Assembly (NCBI RefSeq): GCF_009914755.1
Contig: NC_060933.1
Source of the DNA: the human T2T-CHM13v2.0 reference genome, Homo sapiens
Length of the DNA: 64,000 bases
Strand: one strand, 5' to 3'
Under the pieces are notes generated by a model that saw only the letters and a list, made by a program, of their open reading frames with translations, was not told the origin of the DNA and made no database searches. This document shows, one piece after another, positions 43,462 to 55,239 of the stretch. A program made the translations under genes and the position numbers. Each line of letters begins with the position of its first letter. Within the stretch, counting starts at the first letter, position 1.

Positions 43462-44375
43462 TGTTAGTCAGGGTTCTCTGGAGAAATAGAGCCAATCAGA
43501 TGGAGATATGTGTGGATACCTATCCGATAGGATAGATAGATATAGATTTAATAAGCTATATGTACGGAGGCTGAGAAGTCCCATGATCTGCTGTTTGCAA
43601 GCTTGAAATGCAGGAAAGTTGGTGGTGTAGTTTGGGGCCTCAGAGCTGGAGAGTCAATCGTGTAGATTCCAGTGCTGGTTTAAGGGCCTGAGAATCAGGA
43701 GCACCAATGGCAGGAGAAGATCAATGTCCCAGCTCAACATCAGAGAGTAAATTCAAGCTTCTTCACCTTTTTGTTTTATTCAGGCCTTCTACGAATTGCA
43801 TGAGGCCCACACACACAAGGGAAGGCCATCTGCTTTATTCAGTCCACTGATTCAAATGCTAATCTCTTCCAGAAATACCCTCACAGGTGTATCCAGAAAC
43901 AATGTTTGGCCAGCGATCTGGGTGTCCCACGGTCCGGTTGATAGGGTTCGGATCGTGTCCCTGCCTAAATCTGATGTCAAATGATAATTCCCAATGTTGG
44001 AGGTGAGGCCTGGTGGGAGGTAGGAGGCGATTGGATCATGGCGGTGGTTTCTAATCGTTTGGCACCATCCCCCTAGTGCTGGTCTCATGATAGAGTTCTC
44101 TTGAGATGGGGTTGTTTAAAAGTGTGTAGCGCCTTCCCCTCAACCATCCCTTCTTCCTGCTCTGGCCATGTGAAGATGCCTGCTCCGCTTTGCCTTCTGC
44201 CATGAATAAAAGCTCCCTGAGGCCTCCCCAGCCATGCCTCCTGGACAGCCTGTGGAACCATGAGCCAATTAAACTGCTTTTCTTTATAATTTACCCAGTC
44301 TCGGGTATTTATTTATCGAAATGCAAAAATGAACTAATATGCCAGTCAAGCTGACATATAAAATTAACCATCACA
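43462..44375 (-). mobile_element. MLT2-type ERVL LTR interrupted by an MST LTR
   Basis: TTAGTCAGGGTTCTCTGGAGAAATAGAGCCAAT..GGCTGAGAAGTCCCATGATCTGC..GACATATAAAATTAACCATCACA. Confidence 0.85.
43939..44341 (+). mobile_element. MSTA/MSTB-like MaLR LTR
   Basis: TGATAGGGTTCGGATCGTGTCCC..GAGCCAATTAAAC..GAACTAATATG; 5-bp TSD CCGGT/CCAGT. Confidence 0.85.
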
Positions 44376-44615
44376 GCAACTATATTAGAATAAATAGCTA
44401 ATGGCCAAGCTGTGCACTAAGGACAGAAGTGTAATTAGAGGGCAAAAGAGGGAGAAGAGTGAAAGCACAACAGTCACATAGGCTTGAAGAAGAGGTGGGA
44501 ACTGAGCAGAAAGTTGAGGAATTGATGAAATAACTTGTTGGGTAGAGAAGAGAGGATATTCCACGTGAAGATGACAACATGTGAGGGGAACAGAACATGG
44601 AGGGCTGCTTGACTA

Positions 44616-45114
<499 letters not shown>

Positions 45115-45284
45115 TTAAGAGGAGACTAGAGACTAGAGCAGAGCCCAGCTGTGTACCTAATTAGCACTAGCCATGTGGCCTGGGACAAGTTCATTAACAT
45201 CTGTTATCACCAATTTTTATATATGTAAGATGAACTGCATCAGTGTTGGATTCACTTATAAAGCTTATTAAAAATATAGATGCA

Positions 45285-45577
45285 GGCCGGGTGCTGTGGC
45301 TCATGCCTGTAATCTCAGCACTTTGGGAGGCTGAGGCGGGCAGATCACGAGGTCAGGAGATAGAGACCATCCTGGCTAACACGGTGAAACCTCGTCTCTA
45401 CTAAAAATACAAAAAATTAGCCAGGCGTGGTGGTGGGTGCCTGTAGTCTCAGCTACTCGGGAGGCTGAGGCAGGAGAATGGCATGAACCTGGAGGCAGAG
45501 CTTGAAGTGAGCCGCGACTGGGCCACTGCACTCCAACCTGGGTGACAGAACAAGACTCTGTCTCAGAAAAAAAAAAT
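45285..45577 (+). mobile_element. AluY-like element inside a MER5-like remnant (~45250-45823)
   Basis: ATCACGAGGTCAGGAGATAGAGACCATCCTGGCTAACACGG; TSD AAAAAT(AT/GC)AGATGC. Confidence 0.93.
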
Positions 45578-45647
45578 GCAGATGCTGGGGCACTCAGCAC
45601 CCCAACTTCCTGAGAATGGGGATTCTGAGTGAGCTCTACAGGGGATT

Positions 45648-45783
45648 TTTTTAAATGTAATGTTAGATTCTGGGTACATGCACAGGTTTATTACTGGGAT
45701 ATATTGTGTGATGCTGAGGTTTGGGTTTCTACTAAACCTGTCATCCAAATAGTAAACATAGTACCCAGTAGTCAGTTTTTCAG
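45648..45783 (-). mobile_element. Very short 5'-truncated older L1PA (PA13-16-like) 3' tip
   Basis: GGGTACATGCACAGGTTT..GATGCTGAGGTTTGGG..CATAGTACCCAGTAG; perfect 13-bp TSD TCTACAGGGGATT. Confidence 0.82.
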
Positions 45784-45994
45784 TCTACAGGGGATTCTGA
45801 TGCATGCTCATGTTGGAAACACTGAGCTGAGAGATTATGGATTGGTGAGATAGGGAGTCCCGGAGCTCATCAAACTGATGAGTAAGATAAATGAGGGCCG
45901 GAGGGGGATTTGTCCTGTATTAACAAGCAGGTTGGATTAGAGGAAAAAACAACCAATCTGATTGCTGACATGCCCCCTCCCCAATCCAAGCCAG

Positions 45995-46462
45995 TGTTAA
46001 AGAAAAAATTATTCACGACACTTGTTAAAGATAATAAGAATGGCTTTATTCCCAGGGGGAGGGGAACCTGGCCATAGGTACAGGGACCACTGCAATGGAG
46101 TCTTGCAGTGAGGGAGAGAGATGGCACTGAACTCCAACTCTAACAAAAAGAAGTGGGGATTTATAACCAAGCAGCACGGTGGGTGTCAGCGCATGGAAAA
46201 TTACTAAGAGGAAAAACCTCAAAGATAAAGTGTTTCTGGCTAAAGTGACTTGCTAGGTTTATTACTGAAGGCAGGGTGATAGCATATCCAGGGTGGTCAG
46301 ATATGAAAGCCCCGGGGGGATTTTCCCTAAACTGACTGATCAGAATTCTTGCTCAAACTGGATCCTGCAAGGATGGGAAGGGAAACCCAATGTCAGACCT
46401 CATCAAGCAAAGGATTCAGAGGAAGCTGACTAAAGTTTTGGTCAGGGAGAGAATCCTTGTCA
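45995..46462 (-). mobile_element. MER31-like ERV1 solo LTR
   Basis: TGTTAAAGAAAAAATTATTC..GACTAAAGTTTTGGTCAGGGAGAGAATCCTTGTCA; TSD CCAG/CCGG. Confidence 0.75.
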
Positions 46463-47282
46463 CCGGAGTACCCTATTTTTTGTCTCCTTAATGTGACTCA
46501 CCTGAAGATCTTAATTTGGGGCCACCCTGAGAGGGCATTTTTGTCTATTCATGAGGCATATCACGTATTTATTGTCTGTATGAAGGAGGTGTTAATTTGG
46601 CTTTAAGGTCTTATTGTCATCTTTACTTATCTCACATGTTTTCTAGGTTTCTGGTCTTCGATGTCTCAGTTGTGGTACATATGGAGACAAAAAAAAATCA
46701 AGCCATGATTCATAGATGATAATCATATCCCAGATTTAGAACTAAATTCTGAGTTGATTCTCTCTCATTCTTCTTCCACTATACCATCCCTTTCAGCATT
46801 CCTGGTCTTAGAGGCAACTGTGTTTGTGTCCTTGACTGGGACATATTCCAACATGTTGTCAGAGAGATATTTCAGTCTCGCTTGCCTAAAGAAGTCCCAT
46901 GCATGACTGCTAAAATATCAAGCATCAAAATTACATCTGATGGCTGCACAATCCCTAAAAGGCAGAAGGAAAGACTTTGCCTAAGGCAGAATGCACTAAT
47001 CTGTTGTATTAGCAAGTTGCCAGAGGAGTCCAAATCAGTGTTTACTTTTGTCGAAGCAGGAATAAGGTAAAACACGCAGGAGAAGTTTCTAGTGTGGAGA
47101 AATTAGTGCTAAATTAAGATGCAAGCTACATATCCTAAGGATGGAAAACAATTTAGGGAAATGAAGCAATTGGTAAATATTATTTGTTACATTGATAAAT
47201 AGGATTTGGCAGCCATTCCAAGTTTGCATTTAATTTGTGGCCAAAACCGCCTTTTGATTTGACAAAGTAATTTTATGTGTGC

Positions 47283-47639
47283 TGCTGTGGATTGAATGTT
47301 TGTGTCTCCCCAGAATTCATATGTTGAAACCTAATTCTCAATGTAATAGTATTAGAAGGTGAGGCCTTTGGGAGGCAGTTAGGTCATGAGAGCAGGTGGA
47401 GCTGCCATGAACAGGATTAGTAACCTTGTAAGGTCCTGGGGAGATCAACAGTTCTCCCCTTCTACCATGTGAAGAGACAGCTAGAAGGTGCTATCTATAA
47501 ACTGGAGAGTGGGCCCTCAAGAATCTGCTGGCACCCTGACCTTGGACTTTCCATCCCCTAGAACTGAGAAATAAATTTCTAGTTTTATAAGCCACCCAGT
47601 TTATGGTATTTGTTAAAGTAGCCCAAATGGACTAAGACA
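47283..47639 (+). mobile_element. MLT1A0-like MaLR LTR
   Basis: TGCTGTGGATTGAATGTTTGTGTC..GGACTAAGACA; 5-bp TSD TGTGC. Confidence 0.85.
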
Positions 47640-48345
47640 TGTGCTAGTGGATATAGTTTCCAAAGTGGGCAACTGGTGGTGCACATTTGTGGAACATTGA
47701 GGAATATCATGGTACAGTGATGCAGTGGCCCCTCAGGAAGCTAATTTCTATTTTTAGACATGTGGGCATAAAAATATGATAGGAGTTCTGAAATAACCAG
47801 GAATTCAGATTTCTTATGGTGAGCTATTTCTTCCGTGACCTTTCCCTATACCCATATGTCAAATCATGCTAAGGGTGAGGAAAGAATGATGATAAATATA
47901 TCATTGCAAATTGAGTGAAGCCAACATTTTTAAACAACATTATTATTATTTTTTTTAAGACCTGCTTTGTGTGAGGCAAAGTGCTAGATTTTCTGGGAGA
48001 AACAGAAAAAGGTTAAGGTGAGGTTGAGAAATATATCCAACTAACAAGAAAAAAAAAAGACAAGATTTGGGCCCTCAGAAAACTTGCATTTTGGTCTTTC
48101 AGATCACTTTTTTAAATCTAGCCATGCATGAGTTAATTTTTAGAATCCTGGGTTAAGGAACTCATGGGTAAAATAATGAGATGGGTGACAACATGGGCTG
48201 GGCATGTAGTGAGGAGAGGCCTGGCCATACTCAGGGGTGTTGTTCTCACTCCAGGCCCATGCCTGACACATAGTCCCTTATGAGAAATCCAGCCAAAGCT
48301 AATCTCTCTGAGTCTCTTCATCACAAAATATGTGGAATAGAAAAT

Positions 48346-49078
48346 ATGAGATATCATCTCACACCAGTTAGAATGGCAATCATTAAAAAGTCAGGAAACA
48401 ACAGGTGCTGGAGAGGATGTGGAGAAATAGGAACACTTTTACACTGTTGGTGGGACTGTAAACTAGTTCAACCATTGTGGAAGTCAGTGTGGCGATTCCT
48501 CAGGGATCTAGAACTAGAGATACCATTTGACCCAGCCATCCCATTACTGGGTATATACCCAAAGGATTATAAATCATGCTGCTATAAAGACACATGCACA
48601 CGTATGTTTATTGCGGCATTATTCACGATAGCAAAGACTTGGAACCAACCCAAATGTCCAACAATGATAGACTGGATTAAGAAAATGTGGCACATATACA
48701 CCATGGAATACTATGCAGCCATAAAAAATGATGAGTTCATATCCTTTGTAGGGACATGGATGAAATTGGAAATCATCATTCTCAGTAAACTATCGCAAGA
48801 ACAAAAAACCAAACACCGTATATTCTCACTCATAGGTGGGAATTGAACAATGAGATCACCTGGACACATGAAGGGGAATACCACACTCTGGGGACTGTTG
48901 TGGGGTGGGGGGAGGGGGGAGTGATAGCATCGGGAGATATACCTAATGCTAGATGACAAGTTAGTGGGTGCAGCGCACCAGCATGGCATATGTATACATA
49001 TGTAACTAACCTGCACAATGTGCACATGTACCCTAAAACTTAAAGTATAATAAAAAAAAAAAAAAGAAAAAAAAAAAA
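48346..49078 (+). mobile_element. Young 5'-truncated L1 (L1PA2-like, non-Ta) with intact ORF2p C-terminus
   Basis: [46 protein letters not shown] matches the L1 ORF2p end; G-rich 3' UTR; poly-A; perfect TSD AGAAAATATG (48339-48348 / 49079-49088). Confidence 0.97.
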
Positions 49079-49255
49079 AGAAAATATGGTCTTTCAGGTT
49101 CCTTCCTGTTTTAGAATGTATGTAGCCTAAGGGCTTGGAGGGTCTGATGGCCTCACAGGAGCATTGAATGTGAGAGCTGGAAAGAGCCAGACCAATCCAT
49201 CCCTTTTATAGAATATGTCTCTTATTGTGTTAGGCCTTTTTATGTCCCCATAAAG

Positions 49256-49479
49256 CAGGGGTTTCCAAACTTTTGGCTTCCCTGGGCCACACTAGAAGAA
49301 GAATAATTGTCTTGGGCCACACATAAAATACACTAATACTAATGATAGCCGATGAGCCACAAAAAAATTCACAAAAAAAACTCATAATGTTTTAAGAAAG
49401 TTTACAAATTTGTGTTGGGCCTCATTCAAAGCTGTCCTGGGCCACATGAGGCCCATGGGCCATGGGTTGGGCAAACTTG
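49256..49479. mobile_element. MER30 hAT-Charlie MITE, full length
   Basis: CAGGGGTTTCCAAAC..GGGTTGGGCAAACTTG termini; perfect 8-bp TSD CCATAAAG; inserted in a ~70-bp MST-like LTR end (49226-49519). Confidence 0.88.
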
Positions 49480-49929
49480 CCATAAAGGAATACCTGAGGC
49501 TGGGTAATTTATAAAGAAACCAGCCCTAACTCAAGGAAAGACTATCTACTATAATGCTCTGGGTGAGTGACATTGAATTGAAATTAAGGGATTTGTAAAA
49601 AGAGATCAAGTGAAGATCAAAAGACTCAAGAAAGTATTTCTTAAGTAAAAAAATCCCAATTTATAATTCCCATTATTCATTATCCAATAATTTCTACTTC
49701 TAGTTAGACTTCCTTGGTATTTCTTATAACACTTTTTATTATTCAAGCATTTGAAGAAGAATTAGGATTCCAGCATTCAGTAGTCACTTAGTATAATGTA
49801 AAAATGATGCAAAACGCAGTCTTCCTTAAAGTAAAATTTCAGAGTAGGCATGAACCCATGATATGTTGATTAGAGGATGGAGCTGTTATCGGGTCAAACT
49901 CCAATTACATTGAGAGTTCCATCTAATTA

Positions 49930-50397
49930 CAGTAGTCCCTCTTCTCTGCAGTTTTGTTTTTGTTGCTTTCAGTTACCTGAGGTCAACCTTGATCTGAAGG
50001 TATTAAATGGAAAATTTCAGAAATAAACAATTCATAAGTTTTAAACCCTACCTCACAATGCCTATGTCATTCACCTTACTTCATGTCATCATGTAGGCAT
50101 TTTATCACCTCACATCATCACAGGAAGAAGCGTGAGTACAGTACTATAAGATATTTAGAGAGAAAGAGACCACATTCACATAACTTTTATTACAGTACAT
50201 TGTTATAATTATTCTATTTTATTACTAGTTATTGTTAATTTCTTACTGTGCCTAATTTATAAATTAAGCTTTATCATAGGTATGTATGTATAAGTAAAAA
50301 CATAACATAGAATATATGGGGTTCAGTATTATGTGAGGTTTCAGACATCTCTTGGGGATCTTGGAACATATGCCGCATGGATAAAGGGAGACTACTG
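49930..50397. mobile_element. MER44-like (Tigger7) DNA transposon
   Basis: TA-CAGTAGTCCC..GGGAGACTACTG-TA: terminal inverted repeats (TIRs) with TA TSD. Confidence 0.85.
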
Positions 50398-50869
50398 TAT
50401 CAGGAAACTGAAGAAGTTCTCCCATCTTCAGACAAGGATCATGGACCATACATAATGGCCCCTGGAAATAATATTGATAAATGATTTTCAGAATGCATCC
50501 TAAATGTCTTGGTGTGTTTTGATTACTAAAAGACATAGGCAAAAATGTGGAGAAGTTCTCATAAACTTGACTTAATGGGCAAACTAATAGATATATCTAG
50601 TTTCATCTTCTAGAACTGGGTGCGTTTGCTCAATGTTTTTGTTTTTAATTAAAAGAAGATAGATAAGCACTGCACTGATGAAAACTTACTTCAATGAATA
50701 TATATTGAAAACCCACTGTGTGCTCAGCTAGGAGCTGTGGAAGGAATAAAAATAGCGTATGACAAAAGTTTCCTGATTTCAAAGGGCTTATTGTCTTTCA
50801 ACTCTTCATACTCTAAAAAACAGAAAACATAACAATTGAACTTAGGACAAGTGTATTATTTCTACAGGA

Positions 50870-51030
50870 CAGTATTTTAAGTTTGCAAAGGACTTTTACA
50901 TCTACTGTCTCCTTTGATTCTTTTAATAACCTCATGAGGTGGTTGATATTATTATTTTATGAATGCAGAAATGGAGGTTCTGAAATGTTGAGTGATAGTC
51001 AAGGCCACTCAGCCAGAACCTCCCATCTTC
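50870..51030 (-). mobile_element. MIR remnant
   Basis: AATAACCTCATGAGGTGG..ATTATTTTAT..GAAATGGAGGTTCTGAAATGTTGAGTGA..CAAGGCCACTCAGC. Confidence 0.6.
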
Positions 51031-51315
51031 TGCCTCCCAATTAATGTTTTCCCGCCTGGCATGCTCCCATTCTGGTCACAGATTCCTCTGGTTGAGGTGG
51101 GTAAAGTCAGTACTACATTGTCACCATTGTTTGGTTGGAGCTTATGTCTGGTACCACATACCCCGTGAATAGCATGGCTATTAGTTGTGGTTTAGGTTTA
51201 TGATCTGGGAGACCTCTCTTGAAGGATATGTGAGAAATACTGCCAGGTTTCATTCTTAAAAACTTGTGGCCTTATTATGTTGAAAGTCCCTGCTGAAATT
51301 ATATTGAAAGTACCT

Positions 51316-52050
51316 TTTGTGCTGAATTTTATCCCTGCCAAATTAATACATTGAAGTCCTAACTCCCAGTTCCTCAGAATGTTAAGGGTCTTTAAAGGGT
51401 GATTAAGTTAAAATTAGGTCAGTGGGGTGGATCCTAATCCAATCTGACTGATGTTCTTATAAGAAGAGGAGGTTAGGACACAGACACAACAGAAGAAAAA
51501 TGATGTGAAGACACAGGGAGAGGGTGACCATCTACAAGCCAAGGAAAGAGGCTGATATGGTTTGGCTGTGCCCCCACCCAAATCTCATCTTGAATTGTAG
51601 CTCCCACAATCCCTAAGTGTGGTAGGAGGGACCTGGTGGGAGGTAATTGAATCATGAGGGCAGGTTTTCCTGTGCTGTTCTCGTGATAGTGAATAAGTCT
51701 CATGAGACCTGATGGTTTGATAAAGGGCAGTTCCCCTGCACACACGCTCTTGTCTGCCACAATGTAAGATATGCCTTTGCTCCTCCTTCACCTTCCACCA
51801 TGATTGTGGCCTCGCCAGCCATGTGGAACTGTGAGTCCATTAAATCTCTTTCCTTTATAAATTACCCAGTCTCTTGTATGTCCTTATAGCAGGGTGAGGA
51901 CAGACTAATATAGAGGCCTCAGAAGAAACAACCCTGTCAACACCTTGACCTTGGACTTCCAGCCTCCAGAACCATGAGAAAATACATTTCTGTTGCTTTC
52001 ACCATTCAGTCTGTTGTGCTTTATTATGGCAGCCTTAAGGAACTAATACA
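51316..52050 (+). mobile_element. MLT1B-like MaLR LTR interrupted by THE1
   Basis: CCTAATCCAATCTGACTGATGTTCTTATAAGAAGAGG..GGACTTCCAGCCTCCAGAAC..AACTAATACA. Confidence 0.85.
51553..51912 (+). mobile_element. THE1B-like MaLR solo LTR
   Basis: TGATATGGTTTGGCTGTG..CAGACTAATATA, 360 bp; perfect 5-bp TSD GAGGC. Confidence 0.9.
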
Positions 52051-52099
52051 TCACCAGAAGTATTTTAGATGGATTATTCTTAATATTTACTATGGGTAT

Positions 52100-52570
52100 C
52101 ACTCAGAGTTTTGTCTTTAAATGGAACTGAGCTTTGGTAGCTTGAATAGGGGGCTTTACTGAAACACATACTTACAGAGATGTGAGCAGAGACAAAGAAA
52201 CCAGAGGCTGGCCACTGTGGAAGCTGTTCCTATGCCTGGGGGTGAGGGGGAAAGGGGAGGAAATAGGTTTCCAGAGCCCAGTGAGAACAGGAGCTGTGGC
52301 AAGGGACCATCTGGTGGGAGCTTTAGTTAGGGAAAGACAGGACTGCTGTCCCAGAAGGGTTGCAGAAACAGGGATGGAGTGGCGAAGAAATATCCTAGCA
52401 TCTCTCAACTCTTGCCTTCCAGTCTCTTGGTGGAGACTTCCACTGGCCCAGTCCAACAGGAAGTTAGAAAGGAGGGGAGCATGGGTGATGGTGTCTGCTT
52501 CCAAAGATACCAAGGAGGACTGAGTAGGGTGGAAAATAGATAGGGGTAGAAATAGAGAATAACCTTGCAA
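52100..52570 (-). mobile_element. Old ERVL LTR remnant (LTR41/LTR33-like)
   Basis: CTTCCACTGGCCCAGTCCAACAGGAAGTTAGA..GGGAGCATGGGTGATG resembles this group. Confidence 0.4.
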
Positions 52571-52769
52571 AAGAAAATAATCGGCATTATCTCTATGCAA
52601 CAGAGTGGAGAAACGTAGGGGCTGGGGTTAATGATTTATCCAAGGTCAGCAGCAAAGCTAGTACCAAACTGAAAATTACACTGCATCTTTCCTTTGGGGT
52701 GACTTATGATTTTCCTGTATTTTAAAAAATTATTATGAGGGAAGGCTTTCCATGAAAAGAAACATTTTA

Positions 52770-52940
52770 TTTTTAGGAGCTGAAAGAGAAATCAGCTTTT
52801 CCAAATATCTCAATTTCAACTTGAGGAAACTGAGGCACAGAGAGATAAAGCAGCTTACCCGTGGCTTCCCAGCAGGTCCGCGGGAAAGCTGAGCTTGAAT
52901 CCTGAGTGCCCACCCACTTGGTCAGTCCATTTTTCACTAA
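52770..52940 (-). mobile_element. MIR remnant
   Basis: TGAGGAAACTGAGGCACAGAGAG..CTTACCC..CCCAGC. Confidence 0.65.
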
Positions 52941-54204
52941 ACTTCCAGTTGGGATGTTGAGGCATAGTAGAATATTTCAAATACAATAGCGTATTTTAAA
53001 ACTTTGATTGAGAAAGTTCTCTAGGAGTGTATTGAGAAAGCAAAGGAAGAAAAGTGAGAACCAAGATTTGTTATATTTTTAGACATGAATAAAGATAGAA
53101 AGGCTGTGTGATTCAGAAGCAGGCACATGGCCTGCTTTTCATTCAGCTGTGGTCAGTTTGCAGCTAATCCAGGAGGCATCTCCAGGATGACCTGGGAGGT
53201 AAACCACAGTCACCGAGGCCAAGTCTCCTGGCAACTGTGCAGCTCCACTCTGCACCCTTGGTTTATCCTTCCTGTTTCCTCACTTATCAAATATTTATTG
53301 TCAACAACGGGCAGTTCTGTTTGCACACAGTGTGATGGGGTAATGAGATAGTTAGGTTTCCTCCTGTTATTGATGGGGAGTGCTGATGGCATGAATAATT
53401 TCCTCTTTTTATAAATGGGAATTTAATTATTGATGCCTTGTTTAGGCAGTGACAAAGGTGTTGCCAACAAACACTGCAGTTGGAGGCCTTGGCAGGCATG
53501 AGGCTGCCAGGCTGCAGTCTAAGGTTGGTGGGGGTCATGAAATAAACTTGCTTTTAATTGTTTAGGAGAGACAGCAAGTGTCTTTACCATATATATATAG
53601 GCACAGTATATATACATATACATATATCGATGTGTGTGTGTGTATATAAAACCTCTAAAACTAAATCCTAACAAGATGTAAGCTAATCAAACCAGTGAGA
53701 AACTAGTTCTTTCATACTTGCATAGGACATTAATTGAATGTTTAGCATTGCCGGTGGAATGTTTATTCATATAGCAAGGGTTTTTGTGGACTGACAACTT
53801 ACTTTAGCTCTTAAGTAAAGAGAAAAAGAACAAAAGGTCTCTAACTTAGTATTTTAATTTTTATGACTTCCTTCAAAGGGATTCAAGGCTCCCTGAATCC
53901 TGTCCCTGTAACCCACCCCAACCTTCCCAATGTCAAAAGAAAATAAAAGCAAAACATTACAACAACATATTTCTCAAGGAAGTTTTCAGTACTACTCTTT
54001 TTTTTTTCTTGAAAACCCAATTAATGTCTGTGTCTTATACTTTTCCTCTTCTTGGGGAAACCGAGTGAGGAGTCAGAGCTCATATGTCTCTCCCCATGGT
54101 GGCATGAAATGTAAGGTGGATTTCACAGGACTCAAGTTGAGTCAGGGAATCTTTAAGGGGGAGAAAAATGTCCTGGGCCTCTGAAGGTAAGAATATAGTA
54201 TAAT

Positions 54205-54367
54205 AAGCGTCTCAGACTGAATGCATGCGTGAATCACTTGGGGATTTTGTTAGAGTAAAAATTCTGATTCTGCACATCTGGGGTGGGGCCTGAGATTCCG
54301 CATTTCTGACAAACCCCCAGGTGAGGCTGGCACTGCTGGTCTGTGAACCACACTTTGAGTGGAAAGG
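54205..54367. mobile_element. MER5A-like hAT MITE
   Basis: GAATCACTTGGGG..CTGATTC..TCTGGGGTGGGGCCTGAGATTCCGCATTTCTGACAA..ACCACACTTTGAGT. Confidence 0.8.
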
Positions 54368-55239
54368 ATTATTGGTCCAGACAGCAAATCCTAGACATTC
54401 TGAATGTTTAAGGTAGGTAAACAGTAGTGATGTTTTTATAATTTTGTTGATTCTTTACACTTTTTTTAAAAATCAGGATGAGAAAATTTCTTGCCAACTT
54501 GCCTCAGACAACTTTTTGCTGCATAAACTTCATTAAAATTTTTTGTTTCCCAAATTCTCTGATGACACTGAATCTAGATTTAAAGTGGCTGAGACAGTTG
54601 GCCTTGGGATAACTTTTTCCAAAACTTTTATGATTGGAAACAACCTTAAAAAGTGTAGTCAGGACTCTCAATTGTAGGAAAGGATGTTAAGCACTCAGCC
54701 TACTCCTGGTATTAGGTTAGCACACCCTTCCCAGCTTGAATCTTTGCCTCTTCGTTTGAAGCCTCTTCCTTTCTCCTTTCAACTCTTCAGCCAACTTTTA
54801 ACTGTCAGAAGTTCAGGACAAAATTTGTTTTTTTGTTTTTTTTTTTCTCCAAGTGATGGTCCATTTTATCTTCATCAGCATTGTCCATTTTTCAGAATAA
54901 ACCCTGTTCATTTTCCCCAAATTTGTTTCCTCTTCCTCTAGTGTTAAGTATATCCCTTTAAATAGCTAAGTGCTTTTTTCTGTAAGGCATTTGGGTCAAT
55001 TATTGAGGGTAAATGAGAAGAAACAAAGAAAAGTTGAGAGGGAAAAAAGTCAATATTGGATTATCCTGGCGGTAACAAGATATAAAATTGCTGGAGAGTG
55101 AACTGTGCATGGTGTATGTATATAGATGTAGGTAAATGACAAAGAAATTATACAGAGACATGAGCACCACCCACTGCACTGAATCATTCCTCATACCAGT
55201 GCACAGTGCAGGAAGGTGACAAGCCTCTTGGAATAAGTC

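Noticed and set aside
48280-48846. 188-aa ORF as a host protein-coding gene
   Set aside because: It is the L1 ORF2p C-terminus inside a TSD-flanked truncated L1; no promoter or splicing evidence.
48890-48920. G-quadruplex-forming G tracts as a novel element
   Set aside because: This is the standard polypurine tract of the L1PA 3' UTR.
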